Assembly: GCA_963713955.1 (NCBI GenBank)
Contig: OY970216.1
Span: 72,075 to 136,074 of the forward strand
DNA: 64,000 nucleotides
Direction: 5' to 3'
Source of the DNA: an uncultured bacterium
GTDB lineage: Bacteria; Patescibacteriota; Minisyncoccia; UBA6257; GWB1-50-10
Part shown: positions 1 through 6,632 of the stretch, piece by piece
How the letters are laid out: each line of letters opens with the position of its first letter
How positions within the stretch are numbered: position 1 is the first letter of the stretch
The notes under the pieces: model-generated
Database searches by the model: none
Told to the model about the DNA's origin: nothing
What the model saw: the letters and a program-made list of their open reading frames with translations, nothing else
Position numbers and translations under genes: made by a program

Positions 1-1662
1 CTTCTTTGCGAGTTCCCTCTTTAATTTCTTTATGGAGTCCTCGACTTGCTCCTTTCCCCGCAGCGTCAGGTGAAATTTCGTCTTGCTCGCATCAATGACG
101 TCGAGAACGTTATTCTCGGCCTCACCGTGTCGCATAACCCAGTAATTGTTCCGGGGGGCGCCGGTGCGCCGACTGAGTTCTCCAATACTCCCCACCGCTT
201 CCTGCCCGCCGCAGGTGGCGCACTTCCAAACGGGGATTGGATTCCCCCAGTAGCGGTTCCGGGAGATGTTCCAGTCCGGTGCCGCCTCGACGCTTTTCTC
301 GTAGCGCCCGTGCTTCAAGTGCTCCGGAAACCAGTTGATCTCCCGGCGGTTCGATTTCAGGAGTTCCGGCTTTATTTTCTGGACGTTCACGAACCACGCC
401 GGGATGGCATTGTAGAAAAGGGCGTTACCGCAACGCCAGCAATGCGGATACGAGTGCGTGTGCTGGAACCGACTGAAAAGAAGACTGCGTTTCTCGAGGT
501 CATCTTTCACGATTTTCTCGGAATCCTTGAAATACTTCCCGCGCAACGATGCGGGCGCTTTCTCGTTGAAAAGACCTTTCTCGTCGAGGAGCGGGACGAC
601 AGGCAACCCTTCGCGCACGCCCAAGTTGTAGTCGTCCTCTCCGTAGACGACGGCGGTGTGGACGACACCCGTCCCCTCCTCCGCCGTCACGAAATCAGCC
701 GGATAAACCCGGTATGACTTTTCGGTTTTAAGAGCGGGGATGTCGAAAAGCGGCTCATATTCCAGTCCCAATAGTTCCTTACCCGAAAAAAGATCGAACT
801 CGTCCTTAGAAAAGGTTTCCCTTTTAGGCAGGGCTCCCGATCCGGCGAGACGCTTATACGCCCCCTCCTCCAAAACTAACCAGTGGTTGGCTTTATTGGG
901 ATCCGGTAAACAAACAAATCTGTGCTCCGGATTTACCGCCAATGCGACGTTCCCGGGAAGAGTCCAGGGCGTCGTGGTCCAAGCCAAAAGCGAGACGTTT
1001 TGCCATTCCGGTTTCTTGCTTCTGATCCTAAATCTGACAGTCACCGATTCCTCCGTCACGTCCTCATAGCTGTTGTCCATGGCTACCTCAAAATTGGAGA
1101 TCGGCGTCTCACAGCGGGGACAGTAGAGAAGCACCTTCCTCCCTTCGTAAACCAAGTTCTTTTTATAAATTTCGCTGAAGGCCCACCAGACGGATTCCAT
1201 ATAATCCACATCCATCGTCTTGTAGGAGTTGTCGAATTCAATCCACCGCGCGATCCGGCGGACCATTTTCCCCCACTCGCCGGCATATTCCAGAACCACG
1301 CTCCTGCATGTTTCATTAAATTTCTTGATGCCGACGGCCTCTATCTGCTTCTTGCCGGAGATGCCGAGCTTGCGCTCCACGATTTCTTCAACCGGCAAGC
1401 CGTGGCAATCCCATCCCCATCTTCTCCTCACGAACCGTCCCTTCATCGTCTGGTAGCGCGGGATCACATCTTTGATCGTCGAGGCTAAAATGTGGCCATA
1501 GTGCGGGAGACCCGTCGCGAACGGCGGCCCGTCATAAAACGTGAAGGGTTTCCCTTTCTCCGTTTTCTTGAGGCTTTTTTCGAAAATCTTGTTTTCCTCC
1601 CAGAACTTCAGGACTTTCTTTTCTACTTCCGGCAAAGAGAATTTATCCAAATCATCGAGCAT
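1..1662 (-). CDS. ileS: Isoleucyl-tRNA synthetase, N-terminal ~554 aa; the 3' end runs off the window
   Basis: Reverse translation from the ATG at 1662 gives MLDDLDKFSLPEVEKKVLKFWEENKIFEKSLKKTEKGKPFTFYDGPPFATGLPHYGHILAS, with the class-I HIGH-type motif (HYGH). The frame leaves the window without a stop, so it is absent from the ORF track. The plus-strand ORFs at 46-717 and 922-1488 are antisense artefacts. Confidence 0.8.
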   Translation of the reverse strand, partial: MLDDLDKFSLPEVEKKVLKFWEENKIFEKSLKKTEKGKPFTFYDGPPFATGLPHYGHILASTIKDVIPRYQTMKGRFVRRRWGWDCHGLPVEEIVERKLGISGKKQIEAVGIKKFNETCRSVVLEYAGEWGKMVRRIARWIEFDNSYKTMDVDYMESVWWAFSEIYKKNLVYEGRKVLLYCPRCETPISNFEVAMDNSYEDVTEESVTVRFRIRSKKPEWQNVSLLAWTTTPWTLPGNVALAVNPEHRFVCLPDPNKANHWLVLEEGAYKRLAGSGALPKRETFSKDEFDLFSGKELLGLEYEPLFDIPALKTEKSYRVYPADFVTAEEGTGVVHTAVVYGEDDYNLGVREGLPVVPLLDEKGLFNEKAPASLRGKYFKDSEKIVKDDLEKRSLLFSRFQHTHSYPHCWRCGNALFYNAIPAWFVNVQKIKPELLKSNRREINWFPEHLKHGRYEKSVEAAPDWNISRNRYWGNPIPVWKCATCGGQEAVGSIGELSRRTGAPRNNYWVMRHGEAENNVLDVIDASKTKFHLTLRGKEQVEDSIKKLKRELAKK

Positions 1663-1753
1663 TAACGAGTATCTTAGCGGAAACAACGCCAAAGCTCAAA
1701 TGACGCGAATCCCTTTCCACGTCGTTTGCGTCATGCAGTTCGCGTTGTTAGCG

Positions 1754-3346
1754 TCACATTTCCTCCGGCGGCACAATGCCAAGGATCCTGAAAAGATTTT
1801 GGAAAACGACGGCGGTTGCCGAAACGAGTGCGAGCTTGGGTATTTCATCCTTCTCGCCAATGACTCTCTCTTTCTCATAGAAATTATGGAACGCACGGGC
1901 GGCGTCAAGCGCATACTTCGTGAGATGGTGAACCTCGCGATTTCTAGTCGAACTTTTCACGACATCCGGAAACGATGAGAGGATTGACATAAGCTTCCGC
2001 TCCGAGGGCGAGTTGAGTGCTCCAAGGTTTTTCGCCTTGATCCTCCCGTCTCCCCCGACGCCGGCTTTCGCAAGAATTTTCTTAGCTCTCACGTACGCGT
2101 ACTCGACATAAAATACCGGATTCTTCGATGATCTTTCTTTGGCTAAATCAAGATCGAAATCCAAATGGGACTGCGTTCCCACCATCAAGAAGAAAAACCT
2201 CGCGACGTTGACTCCCACCTCGTCGACCAGGCTCTCAAAGGTCACAAATTCTCCTTTCCTTTTCGACATTTTCACGAATTCCTTCCCCCTCTTCACGAGT
2301 ATGGCCTGCGTGATCACGACCTCAGATTCCCGCAACCCCAGGATGCGCGATATCGCCTCGATCCTTTTGACATACCCGTAGTGGTCGGGGCCGAGTACCA
2401 ATATTTTCGATTTGAAGCCGCGTTTCAGAGTCTCGAAGTAGTGGCCCGTGTCGGCAAGTATGTACGTGGAAAAGTTATCGCTCGTCACGAGCACCCGATC
2501 CTTGTCGTCTCCAAACTCGGTGGTTTTAAGCCACAATGCACCTTCGGACTCGTAGGCGAACCCCGATTCTTTGATCTTCCGCAGGGCCTTACGCACTAAA
2601 CCCTTTCGATGTATGTTTTTCTCGGACGTAAAGCGATCGAAGTGTATGCCCGATTTCTCCTCGAGGACTTTTTTGATCAAAGACAAAAAGTGCTTTGCGG
2701 CCTCCTCGCCCACGATCATGGGATCACCCTGGTGTTCCTCGACGAAATGGGCGTTTTCTTCCGCCCACCTCTTGACATAATCACCGCGGTAGAACTTGTC
2801 AGAGTCGCCGATGAAACCCAGCGCGGCGATCATGGACTTCCCGAGAGTCAGAATCTGGTTCCCCGTATCGTTCACATAATACTCACGTTCGACTTTCGCC
2901 CCGGAAAATTTGAGAAGATTCGAAAGAACGTCGCCGTAGAATCCGCCGCGGCCGTTCGCAAGGGTCAAAGGGCCCGTCGGATTCGCCGACACGTACTCAA
3001 CTTGGATTTTCCCCTTTGCGATCTTCGAGGAACCGTACTTTTTTTTCTTTTTCAAAACGGCCCCGATCTCCTCCTGGAGTACATCATCCCTCAGCCAAAG
3101 GTTTATAAACCCCCCGCCGGCTATGTCCACTTTAGCCAAGATATCCCCGAGAGATTCTTTTATCTCATTGGCCAGGATCGGAGCGATTTCCTGGGGGCGT
3201 TTCAGTTCATTCTGGGCCATGAGGAAAGCGATGTTCGTAAAATAATCGGCATCGGTTATCTTCCGGTCGGGGATGTCAACTAAAAAGTCACCGGCAAGAC
3301 CGGTGATTCTGCCGAGACGGCTCTCAATTTCTTCCTTGATCGTCAT
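1754..3346 (-). CDS. argS: Arginyl-tRNA synthetase
   Basis: The 539-aa minus ORF has the ArgS-specific Arg_tRNA_synt_N region, class I motifs (ANPTGPLTL, HYGY) and a DALR anticodon-binding tail. I place the start at ATG 3346 (MTIKEEIE), which has a GAGG 5 nt upstream. The track extends the frame to a TTG at 3373. Confidence 0.9.
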   Translation of the reverse strand: MTIKEEIESRLGRITGLAGDFLVDIPDRKITDADYFTNIAFLMAQNELKRPQEIAPILANEIKESLGDILAKVDIAGGGFINLWLRDDVLQEEIGAVLKKKKKYGSSKIAKGKIQVEYVSANPTGPLTLANGRGGFYGDVLSNLLKFSGAKVEREYYVNDTGNQILTLGKSMIAALGFIGDSDKFYRGDYVKRWAEENAHFVEEHQGDPMIVGEEAAKHFLSLIKKVLEEKSGIHFDRFTSEKNIHRKGLVRKALRKIKESGFAYESEGALWLKTTEFGDDKDRVLVTSDNFSTYILADTGHYFETLKRGFKSKILVLGPDHYGYVKRIEAISRILGLRESEVVITQAILVKRGKEFVKMSKRKGEFVTFESLVDEVGVNVARFFFLMVGTQSHLDFDLDLAKERSSKNPVFYVEYAYVRAKKILAKAGVGGDGRIKAKNLGALNSPSERKLMSILSSFPDVVKSSTRNREVHHLTKYALDAARAFHNFYEKERVIGEKDEIPKLALVSATAVVFQNLFRILGIVPPEEM

Positions 3347-3403
3347 GACCTCAACATCTCTAGTATATAACAAAAAGACAGCAATCAGTATAATATAATC
3401 AAT

Positions 3404-3835
3404 ATGACGATATTTGCTGAAAACAAAAGGGCGCTCTTCAATTACGAGATTCTCGAGGCTTTTGAGGCCGGCCTGGAACTCAGGGGATTTGAGGTCAAAG
3501 CCATAACGACCGGACGGGTCAATCTTTCCGGATCATACGCCGCCGTAGTGAACGGCGAACTCTGGATAATAAACATGGACATACCGCCCTATCAGCCGGG
3601 CAACGTTCCGGCCGGATACGATGAGAGAAGATCCAGGAAACTCCTTGTCAAAAGATCGGAAATAAACCGGCTGATAGGCGCGACAAAAGGATTGACATTG
3701 ATACCGATTAAGTTGTATAATAAGCACGGAAAGATAAAGATTGAGATCGGTCTCGTAAAGCCCAGAAGTAAAAAAGACAAGCGCGAGGTCATCAAGAAAC
3801 GCGAAACAGAAAAAGAAATCAGACGATATAAATAA
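3404..3835 (+). CDS. smpB: SsrA-binding protein SmpB
   Basis: 143 aa with typical SmpB length and sequence: NKRALFNYEILE...GFEVKAI...LLVKRSEI...IKLYNKHGKIKIEIGL, and a basic C-terminal tail. A tmRNA gene follows immediately. Confidence 0.9.
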   Translation: MTIFAENKRALFNYEILEAFEAGLELRGFEVKAITTGRVNLSGSYAAVVNGELWIINMDIPPYQPGNVPAGYDERRSRKLLVKRSEINRLIGATKGLTLIPIKLYNKHGKIKIEIGLVKPRSKKDKREVIKKRETEKEIRRYK

Positions 3836-4177
3836 GGGGGCGCAAGCTTCGACAGGAAAGATCTTTAAAAGTAGCAGGCCGAGGAGCGATGAACTCGTAA
3901 AACCGTCGCAAACTAAGAACTGCCAACAATAAAGTTGCAGCCCCGGCATTGGCTTTCGCTTAATACCGGCCCCGACTTAATTTAAGCCGGGCATCGGTCC
4001 TTGACTCCCGCTAAAGGTCAACCGGTGTCATACTGCGGGATACGTCCGCTAAAAGGGCTTTCAATAAAAACGGACCAAATCCATCGGAAGCAAAACCGCC
4101 TTCATTAAATTGGAGACTAAGCTTGTAGAATACTTTTGAATAATTTCTTGGACGAGGGTCCAATCCCTCCGCCTCCA
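3836..4177 (+). ncRNA. ssrA: tmRNA (ssrA), ~342 nt; CCA not encoded
   Basis: The gene starts at the base after the smpB stop. The 5' sequence GGGGGCG-CAAGC-TTCGACAGG matches the tmRNA acceptor and UUCGAC(G/A)GG hallmark. The internal stretch GGCCGAGGAGCGATGAACTCGTAAAACCGTCGCAAAC is near-identical to E. coli GCCGAGGGGCGGUUGGCCUCGUAAAAAGCCGCAAAC, which lies upstream of the tag. A tag-like reading frame GCC AAC AAT AAA GTT GCA GCC CCG GCA TTG GCT TTC GCT TAA gives ANNKVAAPALAFA*. The 3' tRNA-like domain has a T-arm GAGGG-TCCAAT-CCCTC at 4155-4169, then the acceptor strand CGCCTCC at 4170-4176, which pairs with 5' GGGGGCG over 7 bp including one G-U, then discriminator A at 4177. Confidence 0.8.
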
Positions 4178-4178
4178 C

Positions 4179-4222
4179 AATTAAAAATACCGGCATTCAT
4201 TGCCGGTATTTTTAATTGCTTG
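4179..4222 (+). terminator. Intrinsic terminator of ssrA
   Basis: A perfect 17-bp hairpin, AATTAAAAATACCGGCA / TGCCGGTATTTTTAATT, with loop TTCAT. The 3' arm runs into a T-rich tail, TATTTTTAATTG. Confidence 0.6.
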
Positions 4223-4245
4223 ATTCGCGAAGAGGGATTGGACCG

Positions 4246-4518
4246 AGGAAAGGGCCGGAAAACCGGGAGGTTTTCCGTGGTGGAAGTACTGAAACCGCAA
4301 GGTGTCAGGGAGCGGCTTGCTGTATAGCGAGCCGCGACGGTTCACTCCCTCCACTCGATTCGCCCACCTTAAAAGGTGGGTTCACTCGTGGTAAACCATC
4401 TGCTTCGCCATAATGATAGAGCCCTCTCGCATTTGCATTTCCGGGCGTTTTTTATTACTATTCTCCTATCGCTTATCAAAGATCATACAGACCAATACCG
4501 GTAGTTCCCCGGCAAAGA
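4246..4518 (+). promoter_or_regulatory. Structured leader of the infC-rpmI-rplT operon; possible autoregulatory attenuator
   Basis: About 270 nt of non-coding sequence sits between the ssrA terminator and the infC GTG start. It contains a perfect hairpin CCCACC-TTAAAA-GGTGGG at 4363-4380 and a GC stem plus T-tract (CCGGGCGTTTTTTATT) at about 4425-4450, just upstream of infC. By analogy to L20-mediated attenuation in Firmicutes, this is an inference. Confidence 0.3.
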
Positions 4519-5007
4519 GTGAACGGTGAGATAACCGCGCCAGAACTCCGGGTTATCGACGAGAAGGGGGAAAATCTGGGTGTCCTGAGGAAGGAGGAAG
4601 CTTTGGCAAAAGCCATGAATGCCGGGCTGGATCTCATTGAAATAGCTCCGGATGCCAAACCGCCCGTCGCGAAGATCATGAGCTTCGATAAGTTCCGGTA
4701 CCAGAGAGAGAAAGAAGAAAAAAAAGCAAAGCAGGCCCAGAAGCCCAAGGAACTGAAACAAGTACAAATTTCCGCCCGCATCGCCCTGAACGATTTAGCA
4801 ATGAAAGCGAAGCAGGCCGAAAAATTCCTGTCGGAAGGCCACAAAGTGGAAATCAACGTGAGGCTCCGGGGAAGGGAAAAGGCGAACAAAGACTGGGCGC
4901 TCGGAAGACTCAAGGAATTCATCGAAACAATAACCGTCCCTTACCAAGTAACGATGGAACCGCGGCAGGGAGGGAGGGGCTACGTCATGCAGATAACCAA
5001 AAAATGA
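4519..5007 (+). CDS. infC: Translation initiation factor IF-3
   Basis: 162 aa. The product reads LRVIDEKGENLGVL...AGLDLIEIAPDAKPPVAKIMSFDKFRYQ...KVEINVRLRGRE, which matches IF3 N- and C-domains. It has a non-ATG (GTG) start, as is typical for infC, and its stop overlaps the rpmI start (ATGA). Confidence 0.9.
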   Translation: MNGEITAPELRVIDEKGENLGVLRKEEALAKAMNAGLDLIEIAPDAKPPVAKIMSFDKFRYQREKEEKKAKQAQKPKELKQVQISARIALNDLAMKAKQAEKFLSEGHKVEINVRLRGREKANKDWALGRLKEFIETITVPYQVTMEPRQGGRGYVMQITKK

Positions 5008-5171
5008 AGAAAAGCATATCAAAGAGGATAAGAATCACGAAATCGGGGAAGATCATCCGGAGAGCGATGTCCTTGGGACACTCAAGAGCCAACAAACGGA
5101 CAACCCAAATCAAGAGGAAAAAAGGCGCGCGTTCGCTTTCCATGAGCGTAAATAAGATAAAAAACAACTGA
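5004..5171 (+). CDS. rpmI: Ribosomal protein L35
   Basis: A 55-aa basic protein, MKKSISKRIRITKSGKIIRRAMSLGHSRANKRTTQIKRKKGARSLSMSVNKIKNN, that matches L35 in pattern and in its position between infC and rplT. It is below the ORF-track length cutoff. Its start overlaps the infC stop and its stop overlaps the rplT start. Confidence 0.8.
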   Translation: MKKSISKRIRITKSGKIIRRAMSLGHSRANKRTTQIKRKKGARSLSMSVNKIKNN

Positions 5172-5521
5172 TGTCCAGGGTAAAAAGAGGTACAAACGCC
5201 CACAAAAAAAGAGAAAAACTGCTCAAGAAATCCAAGGGCTACCGATGGAGCAGGAAATCCAAAGAACGAGCGGCTCGCGAAGCTTTGCTCCACGGGCTCT
5301 CCCGCAAATTCAAGGGCAGGAAAGAGAAAAAAAGAGTCTACCGCTCCCTCTGGCAAGTGAAAATAAATGCCGCAGCGAGAGCAAACGGCACAACGTACAG
5401 CCGACTCATGAGCATGCTTAAAAAGAAAGGCGTGGAGCTCGACCGAAAAATACTCGCCGATGTCGCCGAAAACGATCCGGAAGTCTTCAAGAAGATAGTC
5501 AAGTTCGCTCAGCCCTCTTAG
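5171..5521 (+). CDS. rplT: Ribosomal protein L20
   Basis: 116 aa reading MSRVKRGTNAHKKREKLLKKSKGYRWSRKS...AAREALL, a canonical L20. Confidence 0.92.
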   Translation: MSRVKRGTNAHKKREKLLKKSKGYRWSRKSKERAAREALLHGLSRKFKGRKEKKRVYRSLWQVKINAAARANGTTYSRLMSMLKKKGVELDRKILADVAENDPEVFKKIVKFAQPS

Positions 5522-5972
5522 TTATCGCGCTATATGCTTTCTTCAGATTAGCCCTCAAATTGGGGGCTTTCAGCATCTTTAAGGCATCTTTGTAGAGAAA
5601 CCAGCCGTATCCTTGGTGCTCTCTCGGCACAATCGTGATTGATTGTGTTTTTGTTTCGGCGAGGTAGTAGATGACGAGACGCGGCACCCTCTTCCTTTCC
5701 TTCGTGTAAAAAACAAATCGGTCCGACACCTTGAACCAGTTCATGAAACGCAAGTCCCGTCCCTTGATCCCCGTTTCCTCCTCCACTTCCCGGAGCGCTG
5801 CCTTGAAACTCCGCTCGCCCTCGGCGAGCTTTCCTTTGGGGAAGTTCCAGTACGGCCCGCCATGATAAAGTAAAAGGAACTTCATCCCTTCATCGGTCCT
5901 TCTAAAAACGATCACGCCGGCGGAAACCGACAACGCTCCTTCTTTTTTATCTTCCAATGGTTGGGTCGCCAT
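5499..5972 (-). CDS. NUDIX hydrolase
   Basis: 157 aa. The Nudix box reads GKLAEGERSFKAALREVEEETGI (GX5EX7REUXEEXGU). It overlaps rplT convergently by 23 nt. Confidence 0.8.
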   Translation of the reverse strand: MATQPLEDKKEGALSVSAGVIVFRRTDEGMKFLLLYHGGPYWNFPKGKLAEGERSFKAALREVEEETGIKGRDLRFMNWFKVSDRFVFYTKERKRVPRLVIYYLAETKTQSITIVPREHQGYGWFLYKDALKMLKAPNLRANLKKAYSAITKRAERT

Positions 5973-6615
5973 GGTCTCTTATGATGGGCTGTTTCAACGT
6001 TTCCTTGGGCAAAATCAAATCTGGAATGAAAAATAAAAGAGAGGCGGACAAGAAAGAAAGAAGCGCAGTCAGGACGAAGATGGAATCGAAGCCGAGGATG
6101 AGGGCAATGCTGCCGCCGACGAAAGCCATAATGGCCGAAATCGAATCGATCCCAAAATGATCCAGCGTCCATTCCACGGAGTAATGATCCTTGTCCAGAT
6201 GCCGCGAAAATATTGCCGGCCAGGACGAAGAATAGAGCGCGAAGGAAATTCCCTGAAGAGCCATCACGGCAAAAAGCTCCACGGCGCTCTTCACGGTCAA
6301 AAACAAAATCGACACACAGCCGCCTATGAAAAGACCGAGTATCAAAGCGTAAAAATCATCCTTCTCCCCTTCGTGCCGGTCGAGGTAGATCGATATCGGG
6401 ACTTCGGATATGGCCTTCACCAGGTAATAAATGGCGGCTGAAACGCCGACCGTAAAAACATTCGCCTCGCCTATCCTCTGGAGCACGAAGACGGCAAAAA
6501 CCGGGTTCAAAAGACCCCACCCTCCCCAAAAAAGATAATCGGACAGAATAAAAAACTTGACGACCCTGTTCATTTTCGACCCTTGGAAGCTGATTTTGAC
6601 GTTTAAAAATTTCAT
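5947..6615 (-). CDS. Polytopic membrane protein, probably a transporter-like half
   Basis: 222 aa with 5-6 hydrophobic helices and no catalytic motif that I recognise. Confidence 0.55.
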   Translation of the reverse strand: MKFLNVKISFQGSKMNRVVKFFILSDYLFWGGWGLLNPVFAVFVLQRIGEANVFTVGVSAAIYYLVKAISEVPISIYLDRHEGEKDDFYALILGLFIGGCVSILFLTVKSAVELFAVMALQGISFALYSSSWPAIFSRHLDKDHYSVEWTLDHFGIDSISAIMAFVGGSIALILGFDSIFVLTALLSFLSASLLFFIPDLILPKETLKQPIIRDHGDPTIGR

Positions 6616-6632
6616 GATCCCAAGGTTGTAAA

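Noticed and set aside
46-1488. Long plus-strand ORFs of 223 and 188 aa (46-717, 922-1488) and the minus-strand 91- and 77-aa ORFs.
   Set aside because: They lie antisense to, or in other frames of, the clearly recognisable ileS reading frame (MLDDLDKF...HYGHILAS), which runs off the window edge. They are low-complexity, Arg/Pro-rich and typical of GC-rich antisense frames.
4136-4413. ORFs at 4136-4327 and 4216-4413, and the idea that the tmRNA gene is about 580 nt and carries a group I intron or MITE.
   Set aside because: Closing the acceptor helix (CGCCTCC at 4170-4176 pairing with 5' GGGGGCG) and finding the T-arm at 4155-4169 gives a normal 342-nt tmRNA. The 17-bp perfect hairpin that follows is its terminator. 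The downstream region is better explained as the infC leader. The small ORFs are not supported.
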